Origin: Podarcis cretensis | Taxonomy: Eukaryota | Assembly: GCA_951804945.1 (NCBI GenBank) | Contig: OX638157.1 | Span: 33,728,001 to 33,792,000 of the forward strand | Direction of reading: 5' to 3' | Length of the DNA stretch: 64,000 bases | Part shown: one piece after another, positions 13,444 to 25,580 of the stretch | Position numbering within the stretch: the stretch's first letter is position 1 | How the letters are laid out: each line of letters begins with the position of its first letter | Position numbers and translations under genes: made by a program | The notes under the pieces: model-generated | What the model saw: only the letters and a program-made list of their open reading frames with translations | Database searches by the model: none | What the model was told of the DNA's origin: nothing

Positions 13444-14077
13444 GTATGGGTCTTTCCAGACTGTCAATATTTTGGGGTGGAATTCAGACATATACCAGAA
13501 AATTCAGGTTCCATAATTAAAAGTTGATTTAGAGCAGAGCTACTTCCCTGCACCCCCTCCCCGCAAAACTGTCCAGGCAAAAATAATTCCACACTTCTTG
13601 CAGTAAGGAAAGTGATAAGTAAACAACCTGGAAAGTATAGGATAATATTTTCTTAACACAACATCTCTGAACCTCCCTGCCAAAAAAAATATTAATATAT
13701 ATATCAGAATGAACACCCAATAAATAGCACATTTTGTCTAAATCCCAACTTTTTGCAACCAAATCAGGAAGAATGCTCAGTTAAATAACCCATCCGGAAC
13801 CAGCCTAATTCTACCTAGCTAGTAGGGCTCAGTATTTGGTTCTCATAATGTCTAATGAACAGAAAGCATTGCCATTTTCTCCAGGTTGTAAAACCTTTGC
13901 AGCCCATGCATCAATCAAAAGAAGCCAGGACAATCTGGTTCAAAATAATTTTAATCACTACTTACAGAATGAGCTGGTGCCCCTTACCTTTCAGCTCTGC
14001 CTATCTTAGAACCTGCAAAAAAAAAAAAAAAAAAATCCTTCCAGTAGCACTTTAGAGACCAACTAAGTTTGTTATTG

Positions 14078-14115
14078 GTATGAGCTTTCGTGTGCATGCA
14101 CACTTCTTCAGATAT
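14078..14115 (-). ncRNA. Minimal type I hammerhead ribozyme motif (PLE-associated), core intact
   Basis: Minus strand reads TAT-CTGAAGA-A-GTGTGCATGCACAC-GAAA-GCTC-ATA: CUGANGA core, hairpin stem II, GAAA, palindromic AGCT stem III, short stem I. Confidence 0.65.
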
Positions 14116-14282
14116 GCACACGAAAGCTCATACCAATAATAAACGTAGTTGGTCTCTAAGGTGTTACTGGAAGGAATTTTTTTATTTTGTTTTGACTATG
14201 GCAGACCAAGATGGCTACCTGCCTGTAACTAGAACTATGGAAGGCACCACATTGAGCCACATGAAATGGAAGTCCATCGACC

Positions 14283-14320
14283 GTATCTAAAGAAGTGTGC
14301 GTGCACACGAAAGCTCATAC
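14283..14320 (+). ncRNA. Hammerhead ribozyme motif with mutated core (CTAAAGA)
   Basis: GTAT-CTAAAGA-A-GTGTGCGTGCACAC-GAAA-GCTC-ATAC. Stem I is GTAT/ATAC and the core has a G>A change. Confidence 0.55.
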
Positions 14321-16122
14321 CAATAACTAACTTAGTTGGTCTCTAAGGTGCTACTGGTAGGATTTTTTTATTTTGTTAGAACCTGCAGACACGATGAATC
14401 TTATTTTAGCAGAGACAGCATTATGTTTGACTGTCAGGAACCTGGCTTGAATTGTTAATGGGAAACCTACTTTAACCTATACAAAATATTCTTCTGCCTA
14501 CTCAAAATAGTCATGATGTATTTGACATCAAGAAAAGCATACTCACCAACTTGGAACACCCCACAAAAACTCTCTGCCCACTCTAAGATTGTTGCTAGTG
14601 CCCGGACTACATTAAATCAATCTTTCTTTCTTTCTTTTTTAAAGCTTTTGAAATAACAATCTGACAGATTATTGTATGGAGGTTATTAAAGATAAAACCT
14701 AAGAAAGATGACTTTGGAAATATTTATTATTACTTTGAAAATACACATTCATAGAGGCAAAGGGTAAAAATATAATTAAAGTGTGGAGGCTTATCTGTGT
14801 GACCTGAGCATGCTTATTTTCTTGTCTCGTTTTAAGCATCACAAAGACGCCAGGAACTGCTCCTCTGCTCTTTCTTGTTCACAGGCAGCATTTTTTGTTG
14901 TTAACAACTCTATTTGGAAATGGCTCTTGATCTCAAAACAAAACATTAGCATAGGAAAATAAGAAAAATAAATAATAATTACAACAACAACAACTGCCAT
15001 ATGGCTACATGATTACCGGTACTTGCATTTTTTGGCATGCAGAATAAAAAATAAGACATTTCTAAATCTTTATTCGCCTGGAGAGATTCAGACTGGCTAA
15101 ACCTTCTAAACATCTGGGTATTTGTCTAAATTGGGGTGGGGAACCTGTGGCTCTCCCAGTCTTCTTGAGCTATATGTCCCATCATCCCTCATGACTGACG
15201 ATGCTGGATGGGGGTGATGGGAACTGGAGGCCAACAACATCTCAGGAGTCACATTCCTTACTTCTGATTGAAATTATTCCAGCCCTGAGACACATTAGTG
15301 AGTACTCCTTTTCACAGTTTTGGGGACTATGTGAAGGGAGGGAACTGCGATAGTACCTGCTATCATGACTCCCGAAAGCAACATTTCAGAAGTTTTATGG
15401 AACATCTGAATAGAACCTATGTGCATGTCGCCTGCGCAGAAAACCTATACACATTCCATTTTATGCATATAGCTCTAGTCAGAACATCAGATGTGCAATC
15501 TCAATTTACACCCCACCTCCGTGCATTTCTTGGAAGTGCAAAAAGTGCTGCTGCAGTTTTATTTATTATTTGGAAGATATCTATGCCACCCTTCGGTTAA
15601 AAACTCCCAGGGAAAGCGTACAAAAAAGAGAATAAAAACAGCAACTATATAAATACTCCAAGAATAAAACAGCAGAAGCAGCAATTAAAACAGAGGCATA
15701 AAAAATTCAACAGAACAAACACAGTCATAATCTAAGCAAATTTAATTATATAATGAGATGTCCAGTGAGATTTTTCAAAAATTGGCCTCAAAATAGCACC
15801 AGAGTTCATGCTTCATGAAACTCTTTGAAGAAGGTATTCCAATAATATTCTCTTCAGGGCACAGTATCCAGAATGTCCCTCTTCCCAGTTACCTATCACC
15901 ATCATTTTGTAGTCAGACAAAACAGAGGTCAATGAAGAGTTTAGGCAAGCTCATAGGGTTAGGGGTTTCTCTTTCTTTGTGTGTGTTATAAAGCTTAGGT
16001 TTCCAATTGAACACAATTCTAAGAAAAATCAATACAAGCACTTTGACAGACACAAGGGAGCCATTGCAGCAACATATTTTCAAGGTATTGATATGAGAAG
16101 GTAGCACAGTGCAGGTAGTTTA

Positions 16123-16473
16123 AAGGTAAAGGGACCCCTGACCATTAGGTCCAGTCGTGAACGACTCTGGGGTTGCGGCACTCATCTCGCTTTATTGGCC
16201 AAGGGAGCTGGCGTACAGCTTCCGGGTCATGTGGCTAGCATGACTAAGCCACTTCTGGCGAACCAGAGCAGTGCACGGAAACGCCGTTTACCTTCCCGCC
16301 GGTCAGATGGCCTATTTACCTACTTGCACTTTGAGGTGCTTTCAAACTGCTAGGTGGGCAGGAGCAGGGACTGAGAAATGGGATCTCACCCCGTCGTGGG
16401 GATTCGAACCGCCGACCTTCTGATTGGCAAGTCCTAGGCTCTGTGGTTTAACCCACAGCGCTACCCGTGTCCC
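16123..16473 (-). mobile_element. Sauria SINE, full length
   Basis: tRNA-like head with GGTTCGAATCC B box and (ACCTTT)n tail. TSD CAGGTAGTTTA at 16112-16122 and 16473-16483. Confidence 0.92.
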
Positions 16474-17037
16474 AGGTAGTTTAGGCCTGCACAAATGTGT
16501 GACCCACCGGCCATGGAGGACAGATGTGTCAGATCATCACTGTATGGTTATGTAACCCAAGGTGGGAAAAGCAAATAAGAGGTGACATGATAGGGTCCGG
16601 AATTTCCTCGACATACTAGGAATATTGCACTCAAAAACAGTGTCCGGGCAGAAATTGGTAAAATAGCCATGAAAATCTAGACGTATGTCAGCAGTGGGTT
16701 TTTTGCTGATTTTCTTTAAAAACAGCTAAAAAACGATTTTGCCAATTTTGCCAAAGAAAGTTCAACAACTTTGGGCAAAACTAGAAAAAGCTCAGCAATT
16801 TTTCACTTTTTGAAATATGGAAACTCTCATGAAAGAAGTGTATAAAACATGGCAAGGAGAAAGTAGAAATTTTGTCTTCCTCTCATAACACTGTGTCAGG
16901 TTTCAGTGAATTCCGATCCTCTCCCCTCTCATGGCAGACAGCCAAGAAAGTAGACAAGGAAGCTCTTACCGAATCAATATTCAGTCTTCACAGTGCCTCT
17001 GTATGCTGCCTCTTAGGTTAATGGTGTTGGTCCAACA

Positions 17038-17280
17038 GAAGAAGAAGGAGAAGAGGAGGAGGAGGAGGAGGAGGAGTTTGGACTTTCACTCCCCTTAAGG
17101 AGTCTCAATTTCCTTTCCCTTCGTCCCCCACAACAAACACACTGTGAGGTGAGTGAAGCTGAGAGACTTCAGAGAAGTGTGACTAGCCCAAGATCACCCA
17201 GCAGCTGCATGTGGAGGAGTGGGGAAGTGAACCCAGTTCACTCGGTCCACCGCTCTTAACCACTACACCACGCTGGCTCT
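17038..17280 (-). mobile_element. Squam3-like SINE with internal deletions
   Basis: Collinear with 997-1289, with a GAA/GAG tail and head CCACTACACCACGCTGGCTCT. Confidence 0.8.
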
Positions 17281-17679
17281 TCCCCCCTTCCTTCCTAGCA
17301 ACAGCACTTCCCCTTAAGGTGGCTGCCAGGGGCTAATTGTCTCTAAGTCCTTTGCTTTTCCACTTTCAATGCATGCCGGGTTCTGGGAGAAGGGGGGTCA
17401 GAAATGCTCTCCAGTGATAATGTGTCAGCTGGCTCCTCTGGCTCTGTCTCCCCCTTCTCTTCTCCCAACATTCCCAACTCTTCTGTTCACCTGTATCTGA
17501 GCTGTGACCTTCCTCAAAACACTGCTGTAATTCAATACTGCCTTCCTCTTTTCTGGAAGGTTCAGGAGGAGGAGGGAAGGTTTCCACCATTCCTCCTCAG
17601 TCTCATCCCCCTCAGTCCAGTCCCTGACCCACTAGAACGCTGAACATCCAATGAAGCTGCATGTTGGAAGGTTGAGGAT

Positions 17680-19280
17680 GTAGTTAAACTATGGAATACC
17701 TTCCCACAGATGGCCACTAACATGGAGGCGTGCATTATACAAATGCATAGAAGACTATCAATGGCCACTAGCCATGATGGCTATGCTCTCCCTCCGCGGT
17801 CAGAGGCCGTATTCTTCTGATTACTACTTGCTGGAAAACATAGGAGGGGGAGTTCTCTTGTGCTCAGTTCTTGCTTGTGGGCTTCTCACAGGCATCTGGT
17901 TGCACTTTGAGAATAGGATCACAGAATCATAGAATCATAGAGTTGGAAGAGACCACAAGGGCCATCGAGTCCAACCCCCTGCCAAGCAGGAAACACCATC
18001 AGAGCACTCCTGACATATGGTTGTCAAGCCTCTGCTTAAAGACCTCCAAAGAAGGAGACTCCACCACACTCCTTGGCAGCAAATTCCACTGTCGAACAGC
18101 TCTTACTGTCAGGAAGTTCTTCCTAATGTTTAGGTGGAATCTTTTTTCTTGTAGTTTGGAACCATTGCTCCGTGTCCGCTTCTCTGGAGCAGCAGAAAAC
18201 AACCTTTCTCCCTCCTCTATGTGACATCCTTTTATATATTTGAACATGGCTATCATATCACCCCTTAACCTCCTCTTCTCCAGGCTAAACATGCCCAGCT
18301 CCCTTAGCCGTTCCTCATAAGGCATCGTTTCCAGGCCTTTGACCATTTTGGTTGCCCTCCTCTGGACACGTTCCAGTTTGTCCGTGTCCTTCTTGAACTG
18401 TGGTGCCCAGAACTGGACACAGTACTCCAGGTGAGGTCTGACCAGAGCAGAATACAGTGGCACTATTACTTCCCTTGATCTAGATGCTATACTCCTATTG
18501 ATGCAGCCCAGAATTGCATTGGCTTTTTTAGCTGCTGCGTCACACTGTTTGCTCATGTCAAGTTTGCGGTCAACCAAGACTCCTAGATCCTTTTCACATT
18601 TACTGCTCTCAAGCCAGGTGTCACCCATCTTGTATTTGTGCCTCTCATTTTTTTTGCCCAAGTGCAATACTTTACATTTCTCCCTGTTAAAATTCATCTT
18701 GTTTGTTTTGGCCCAGTTCTCTAATCTGTTAAGGTCGTTTTGAAGTGTGATCCTGTCCTCTGGGGTGTTAGCCACCCCTCCCAGTTTGGTGTCATCTGCA
18801 AATTTGATCAGGATGCCCTTGAGTCCATCATCCAAGTCGTTGATAAAGATGTTGAATAAGACCGGGCCCAAGACAGAACCCTGTGGCACCCCACTAGTCA
18901 CTCTTCTCCAGGATGAAGAGGAACCATTGATGAGCACCCTTTGGGTTCGGTCAGTCAGCCAGTTACAAATCCACTGAGTGGTAGCATAGTCAAGTCCGCA
19001 TTTTACCAGCTTCTTTACAAGAATATCATGGGGCACCTTGTCAAATGCCTTGCTGAAATCAAGGTAGGCTACATCCACTGCGTTCCCTTCATCTACCAGG
19101 CTTGTAATTCTGTCAAAAAACGAGATCAGGTTAGTCTGACATGACTTATTTTTCAGAAATCCATGCTGACTATTGGTGATCACAGTATTCCTTTCTAGGT
19201 GCTCACAGACTGTTTGCTTGTCCAGGATGCTGGACAAGATTGGTCTGATCCAACAAGCTCTTTTCGTGTGTTTATGTTTG
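17680..19280 (+). mobile_element. Old CR1 3' end/UTR, split by a young CR1 insertion
   Basis: 17680-17919 plus 19224-19280 are collinear with the uninterrupted old CR1 3' UTR at about 39070-39333 (CTAGCCATGATGG...CACAGGCATCTGG...ATGCTG...CTGATCCA.CAAGCTCTT). Confidence 0.65.
17920..19219 (-). mobile_element. Young 5'-truncated CR1 LINE (1.3 kb, RT domain and 3' end)
   Basis: Uninterrupted ORF with [19 protein letters not shown] and [10 protein letters not shown] motifs, (TTCTATGA)n tail, TSD AGGAT at 17915-17919 and 19224-19228. Confidence 0.96.
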
Positions 19281-19757
19281 CCTCTTTGGAGTATTCCAGG
19301 GTAGCAGCATGCTGAGGCACAAAGCCTAGAGATCATGAGATGTAGTTATCCTAAGAGTTGCTGGATCCCACTTACCATAAATCTACCTTAGCATAGCTGA
19401 AAATAATGGTTACCACCAGAACATCCTGCTGCAATCCTGCTACCCCGGTCTGCTCTTGACAAATACTTTGTATGCTGCTCATGCCATGGTTTGGAAAAAA
19501 GGTATATATTTGGGGAAATCACAGCAGCATCCTGGAAATGTGGTTTTTCTTGAGCCCATGCTCAGATCTCTCTAGAGAGAGGTGACAATCTGCCTCATGC
19601 CTGCCACCCAAACTAATCCAAGCAAGAGACAGCCAATGGCAGCCCAAGCAAGGGGCAACTGGGTATATGGGGCTGACAGTAGAAATGCCAATTAATACAT
19701 TTCAAAATGTTCCAGTCCTTTCAGAAGGTGCTGAGCAGTTTAGGAAAGTGGACCATA

Positions 19758-20617
19758 TGTTATGATATGGATGCAATGCAGCTGCAAACCACTAGCTTGA
19801 AAACAAAACATGATGGGAATGTTGGGACTGTCTGTGGGAAACAGAATGGGATGAAGGCGCAATTGCTGAGTTCACATTTGCCACATGAGTATTGGGCTGA
19901 ATCTTTATCGTGTTATTGTTACACTTGGTTGAGGACGTACCACCCAAGAGGTATTCCAAAGAGTTTGCTAACTCAGCTGTTGCATGTGTTACTATTGTTG
20001 ACAACTCAAGACAGGTGAAAGGTGTGTCTAAGTCAGAGACAAAGAGACAACAGGGAGTTGCTAAGCGTAGCACTACATTCCCTAGCCAAGGTAATGCATA
20101 AGCACTCATTCCTTGGAAAACAGACAACCAGAGAGGTACAGTGGGGAAACCAGTGGCGGGTAGTTCCAAGGGTGGAACTGAAACAACAGGGGATTGTTAT
20201 ATGTATAACAACTGTTTATTTTCTTCTCTGGATCAAGCTTTGTTCGCAGCTCACATTGATTCATATGGGGGAGTATGTTACGATATGGATGCAATACAGC
20301 TGCAAACTGCTAGCTTGAAAACAAAACATGATGGGAATGTTGGGACTGTCCGTGGGAAACAGTGGGACAGTCAGTTCACAGGGCAATGCACCGGAATTTG
20401 CTCAGAGTGTAATATGAGCTCTTCCTCTTGCGTATGTACAGGAAGTACAGGATGTCTTTGTCACTTAACTGCTGGAGTTTGAAGAGTACAGACATGTTTT
20501 CTGTAATGCTGCAAAGACAGAAATAAAAGCATGTAAATATGTTTCTGTCTATCTCCTTTCCCTGCCGGGGGGAGCAGGAGAGAGTGGGTGTGTTCTTCCC
20601 ACGTTTGGGAAGAATCA
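19758..20617 (+). mobile_element. Internally deleted Ty1/Copia-like LTR retrotransposon
   Basis: About 90-bp direct repeat starting TGTTA at 19758 and 20276. PPT GGGGGAGTA immediately before the second copy. The 3' LTR has AATAAA at about 20522 and ends in CA at 20617. Internal peptide QNG-MKAQLLSSHLPHEYWAESLSCYCYTWLR resembles the Copia integrase segment after the catalytic E. Confidence 0.7.
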
Positions 20618-22631
20618 CCTATCGAAACCTAGCCTGGATCTTGCTGGGGAATGCAGCCAGGGAGGTCAACAGGAGACCAAGCCGGGTGCCTGGGAGAGTT
20701 GCCAGTTTCTCCCGATAAAGGCTTGATTTCCGACACCATAGAGGTAGAGCTCCAGGAGAGCTGATCCATTGAGGCAGACTGGCATTGATGAAACCTTAGC
20801 TCCAGCCAAGGTAAACTCAGACTTCAGGGGGCCTTTGGTGCAGTGCTGACAATGCCCCCCACCCCAAAACAGTCTCACCTACTGGGGCAGGCCTATGGAG
20901 GAAAGGTAGAGGCCAAGGGCTTAGAGATAACCTGTTCCCAAAAGCCACCAAACCCTGAAGCCAGACCTGTTGAATAGGAAAAGTTCTCTAAATCAGGGAA
21001 AGCCAATGTGGTGCCAACTTCCACCAGCCCCAGCCAGCATGACATTTGGCCAGGAATGATGGAACTCCAAAACATCTACCATACTTTTTACCCCTGCTTT
21101 AGATTGTGCCTTCTGCACAAGTATTGTACATGAGTGGAAGAGGTGGAAAAGCTATTGACTTGAATCCAAAACCACATCTGCTTGCTCAAGTCAATCCTGC
21201 TGAATTCTTTCAATTTCCCCATCTCACTGCAGCCATCACCCCGCCCTGCCCTGTCCCCTTGCCCCAGCCTACTTCATTCCACAGGGTCAGGAGTAGTTTC
21301 ATGGGGACATAGGCACTGTAAGGGAAGGAAAAACCAGGAAAGTCTCACTGACCAAACAAAATTTCACTCAGTCTTCTATGGATCTAACCCATATAATGCT
21401 GATTACAACATTATAATGTGACATCTCATGTTTAGCCATAGAACTCTTAATATTACCAAATGTAACTTTTAAAAAAATCAAAATGCATTGTTTAATATCC
21501 CAAATTTTGCATAATTTATATCAAAACCAGTGTGTGATAAAATGATAGTCTATTGGAGATAGTGACTGAATCATTATCTTGGTTTTTTTTCTCCTTTAAA
21601 CAAAATCAGAAGAGGGATATATTTGAAAAAGTGTTGTGTATGACTACCATCTAGCTGCTGGCATTTAAAATGTATTCTATTAATCTTATAATCATGAATC
21701 GCTCAGACACAATCAAATGAATCTTCAAACTCTAAGTCTCCTGTGCAGTTTATGCATCACTTTAGCAGATTTCCCTTGCTTTCACCCTAACCTTATGATT
21801 TCTTATTTCCCCACCGTTACAGAATCAATTAACACTTTGTGTGCCCTTTTTACTTCTCTAATGCACTGCAGGCAGTTTAGAAAGAGTTAAGTACACTCTT
21901 CTATAATACGCCATTGTCTAAAGTCGATATAATTCATTTTTACTCAGAGGGAAGATTATAGAGCCACATTTTTTATATAGTGAAATTATATCTTTTAATA
22001 ATACAAGCAGATGCAAAAGAAGAAGAAAAAAGAAATCCCTCACACTTCTGTTGTTGTTTTCTTAGTGTACCTCACTTTCTAATTTTTTGTTAATTAAATG
22101 TGCATTCTGTACCTTAGCTATACATGAAGTGAATACATTTAAAATGAATTTGCCTCTTGGATAAAACACAAACTCTTTCCAAATAAAAAATTTCAAGGTA
22201 GATTTGTGGGTGTAATTTTCTTATGTGGAAATCATCTTGCCTAGAATTATTTTGTATATAATTTTCTTTTTGAGTCTTTTGTTTCACAATCTCTGGGGCT
22301 GCCATCTATAGACATAAATGCTCCAGTACCCGACTTCAATTTTCCTAGAGAGATGTGTAGAAAAAATGAGAAATGCAGTATGAGTTGGAGAGTTGAGATA
22401 AATTAGACTAGAGGGAGATGTAAGGTATTAAAAAATGCTCTGACTGCAAAAAAAAAAAAAAAAAAAAGGTTCACAGCACTCCAAGTCCACCTTCAAACCT
22501 GACTCATGAGGAGGATATTCTTTTGTATAATCCTATCTCAGCACTGAAATCACCTTAGACAAGCCACTAGTTTGCAGCTTCAGTTTAGTTTCAGCCTTTC
22601 CTCTTACATAAACTGAGTATGCAGGACTACC

Positions 22632-23792
22632 TGTAGCCTTCTTAGACTTTACCAACTGGTGGGGTCTGCATTGCTCCCAGGAGGGAGAAAGGAAGTCAAA
22701 TGACGCCGAGGTTGATTCAGAGAAAGAGTTTATTCTGCTCTCCGGATAACAGAAGGCACTTGCGTGGTCAGTTCACAGCAAGTCCAAAGAAATGAGAAAT
22801 TTCATGCAGTATATATATCCTCCAGGCACCCTCTCCCCCTTTCCCCAGGTATTCAAGCACGTTAGCTTATACACGTAAGTTGACATCCACAACCATAAAC
22901 AGTTATTCCTGTTCCGGCAGTCTTGACCATAAAAGGTTGTTCCTGTTCCTATACTCTAATCTTGGGGCAGGAGGTCACCAACTCCTGGCACCGTTCCCGG
23001 GTCTCTTGTCAGACTTGACAAGGTCTGTGCGTCTTTGTGGTCTTTGTGGTCAGGATGTAAGATAAGACCCAGACATGCCATCCCTGCTCTACTGGAACTG
23101 GCAAGGCCACTCATTGCCATCACGGACTGATAAGGGAGAGGGCTTTGAGCACTTGTTTATACAGCTGGGTTTTCTGTTTATACTTTGACTCAAGCTCGTT
23201 TCCTGAGCTTGAAAAGCTCAGGTTAATGCATTTTAGAAATGCTCCCTTGGAGGAGGAAAAATGGGGATTTTGGGTCAGTTTCAAACTGACTGCACAGAAA
23301 CCCATTCCTTCATACCTTACAAAGATGATGTAAACATTACTGATATATTGGACATGAACCATTTTAATATAGGGTATATAACTGATTGGTTTAATCCATG
23401 AGCAGCTACATAAATTCAATAACAAACATAGACTTACTGTTTAAAAGACAACACAAACAGGGAAAGGGGTGATAAGGGGAGATTCAAGCAAGCAAACTCA
23501 GGCAGCAGTTCCTAAATGGACCCGGTTGCTGAACAGAGCTGATGGGACAGGCCTCATCCCCATCTCTTCCTCTGCTGCAACCAAACAGATGGCTAACACT
23601 AAGTGACAGTTGAAAGACGAGAGGAACCAAATAGAGCTGGTTTCTCAGCAGAGCCAAAATACCCATAACGAACCATCACATTCGTTTCTTCAACTCTCAG
23701 CTCATCTCTTCTGTGAAGCCGTTGGCTTAGTCTCATCCAGAACAATCTTGAAAGGTTCTGAGGTTTATCAGGGAAGAAAAACCACTGCTACA
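22632..23792 (-). mobile_element. LTR-like sequence (one long LTR or two adjacent LTRs)
   Basis: Terminal inverted TGTAGC...GCTACA. Minus-strand AATAAA at about 22728 with a TATA-like TATATATA at about 22810 upstream of it. No matching TSD. Confidence 0.45.
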
Positions 23793-24075
23793 TCTAAAGC
23801 CCTGCCAGCTCCTAACAATCCAGACAGACCCAAGTGGGCAGGTTTGCATTTCCTGCTACTATTCAGCAAATGGGTGGGCAGATGATCCAGGGATCTTCCC
23901 AGAATAAGGCCCCAAAATAGGACATTTCAGAGATGGGGCATAGCAGGATTGGCATGGTGTCCAGCCTTTGTCTGCTTTGGTACACCCCTCTCCTAAAATG
24001 CACTATTTCAGGGACTTCTGCTGACAGGATTCCTTCTGTTGAGTATTTAACAATCATCCCATGCCTTTGGTAACA

Positions 24076-24441
24076 GGGACGCAGGTGGCGCTGTGGGTTA
24101 AAGCCTCAGCGCCTAGGACTTGCCGATCGAAAGGTCGGCGGTTCGAATCCCTGCGGCGGGTGCGCTCCCGCTGCTCGGTCCCAGCGCCTGCCAACCTAGC
24201 AGTTCGAAAGCACCTCCGGGTGCAAGTAGATAAATAGGGACCGCTTACCAGCGGGAAGGTAAACGGCGTTTCCGTGTGCGGCTCTGGCTCTGGCCAGAGC
24301 AGCGATGTCACGCTGGCCACGTGACCCGGAAGTGTCTCCGGACAGCGCTGGCCCCTGGCCTCTTAAGTGAGATGGGCGCACAACCCCAGAGTCTGTCAAG
24401 ACTGGCCCGTATGGGCAGGAGTACCTTTACCTTTACCTTTA
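24076..24441 (+). mobile_element. Young Sauria SINE, full length
   Basis: GGGACGCAGGTGGCGCTGTGGG head, GGTTCGAATCC B box, (ACCTTT)3 tail, CpG-rich. 14-bp TSD CCATGCCTTTGGTA at 24059-24072 and 24442-24455. Confidence 0.94.
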
Positions 24442-25516
24442 CCATGCCTTTGGTAGGTACAGTGTGGGCTTCTGAGGTGGAAGATATCTCCCCTGGGTGG
24501 TGGAGTCTGGTGGTAGGGAAAAACCAGCAGTGTAGATTGGGTGTTAGGATTGTGCCTTTAGTCCAGCTCCTTAACTCAAACAAATGTGACATACATGCAG
24601 CTGCCTTCATCCGTTGTCAATGTCCACTCACACTTTCCTACTCTTCTGCAGTTTGTTTTCTCCTTGTTCCTTCCATTTCCTCCCTTATTGTCTTTAACAA
24701 CTCGCTGTCTAAACTGAGATTGTAAACTCATCAGTGACACGCCTTTTGTTTATGCTGCTCCATAAAGTGCCATTTACACTGATGGTGGTATATAAAAAGT
24801 TAAGCATGCCTGTTCTTCTCTACTGCCTCTTCTTCCAATCCCACTGGGGGAATTTAGTTCATAGCTGTACGTAGTGTGTCCAGGCCTCTAGGAGCTGAAA
24901 TGGTAAGTGCGCCCTAGTCAATCATCTCCCTACTCCACCACAGTAGCATCAGGTTGTTGACATTTTTAAAGGGGCAGCTGGTAGCACAGCTGCATTAATA
25001 CAGGCCACTGTGTCAGTCTGCCATCCCAATCAGATCGCACAATCAGTGTAACACCACAAAACATAATGTTGCAGTGGAGTTTCAGCTATTTTGTCTCTTC
25101 TCAATGCATTGGTTTGAGCTGCAGGATCAAGTGTTCTGGATTTATTTGCATTTCATTTAATAATGATTTATAGCAGCATGTGGCAGCCATAGTGATTCCT
25201 TTGTCCTTTTTTTTCCTTCCCTGAAAAAAAATAAATGTCTATTTCTTCTGTCAATGCTTCAAATTGCTAAGTGGTCTAAAAGGCAAAGAGCATATTTGAT
25301 TTTCAGTAAGGTATTTTTCTTTCCCATTCCCATAGCAAATTGCTAATGACAATTTCCAGAAAATGTATTCCTTACTCACTAACCTATTGTTACTTGTGTC
25401 TTGATCTTGTGCCTTTGTCAGACAGAATTCATCAATAGCCAACATTCTTAAGAGGATGATTGTAATGGATGAATATTGCAACTGCCCAGTGCTGTTTTGT
25501 ATTTATTCTATTTCAG

Positions 25517-25580
25517 AGAAACTGTCTGTACTATCTTCTAGAATTCGTATTATGCCAACAATCCAATATTCTTTATGTCC
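25517..25580 (+). other. Weak candidate exon (64 nt, or 39 nt from an alternative acceptor at 25542)
   Basis: Acceptor TATTCTATTTCAG and donor CC|GTAAGT. The 39-nt form reads NSYYANNPIFFMS. No protein recognised. Confidence 0.2.

Larger units (their letters stand above)
14018..14375 (+). mobile_element. Penelope-like element (PLE) terminal fragment: inverted plus tandem pseudo-LTR repeats
   Basis: Three copies of the unit ...GCACACGAAAGCTCATACCAATAA...GTTGGTCTCTAAGGTG(C/T)TACTGG, one inverted and two direct. Perfect 12-bp TSD TTAGAACCTGCA at 14006-14017 and 14376-14387. Confidence 0.85.

Noticed and set aside
14030-14185. Long hairpin as a microRNA precursor
   Set aside because: Fully explained by the inverted pseudo-LTR architecture of the Penelope-like insert.
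17999-19336. 445-aa ORF as a novel or domesticated RT gene
   Set aside because: The N-terminal ~39 aa is read-through from flanking DNA across the truncation point at 19219. The rest is near-identical to other CR1 copies.
24076-24160. tRNA genes (A/B boxes, GGTTCGAATCC) here and at other SINE heads
   Set aside because: They are continuous with SINE bodies, tails and TSDs, and there is no independent cloverleaf gene.
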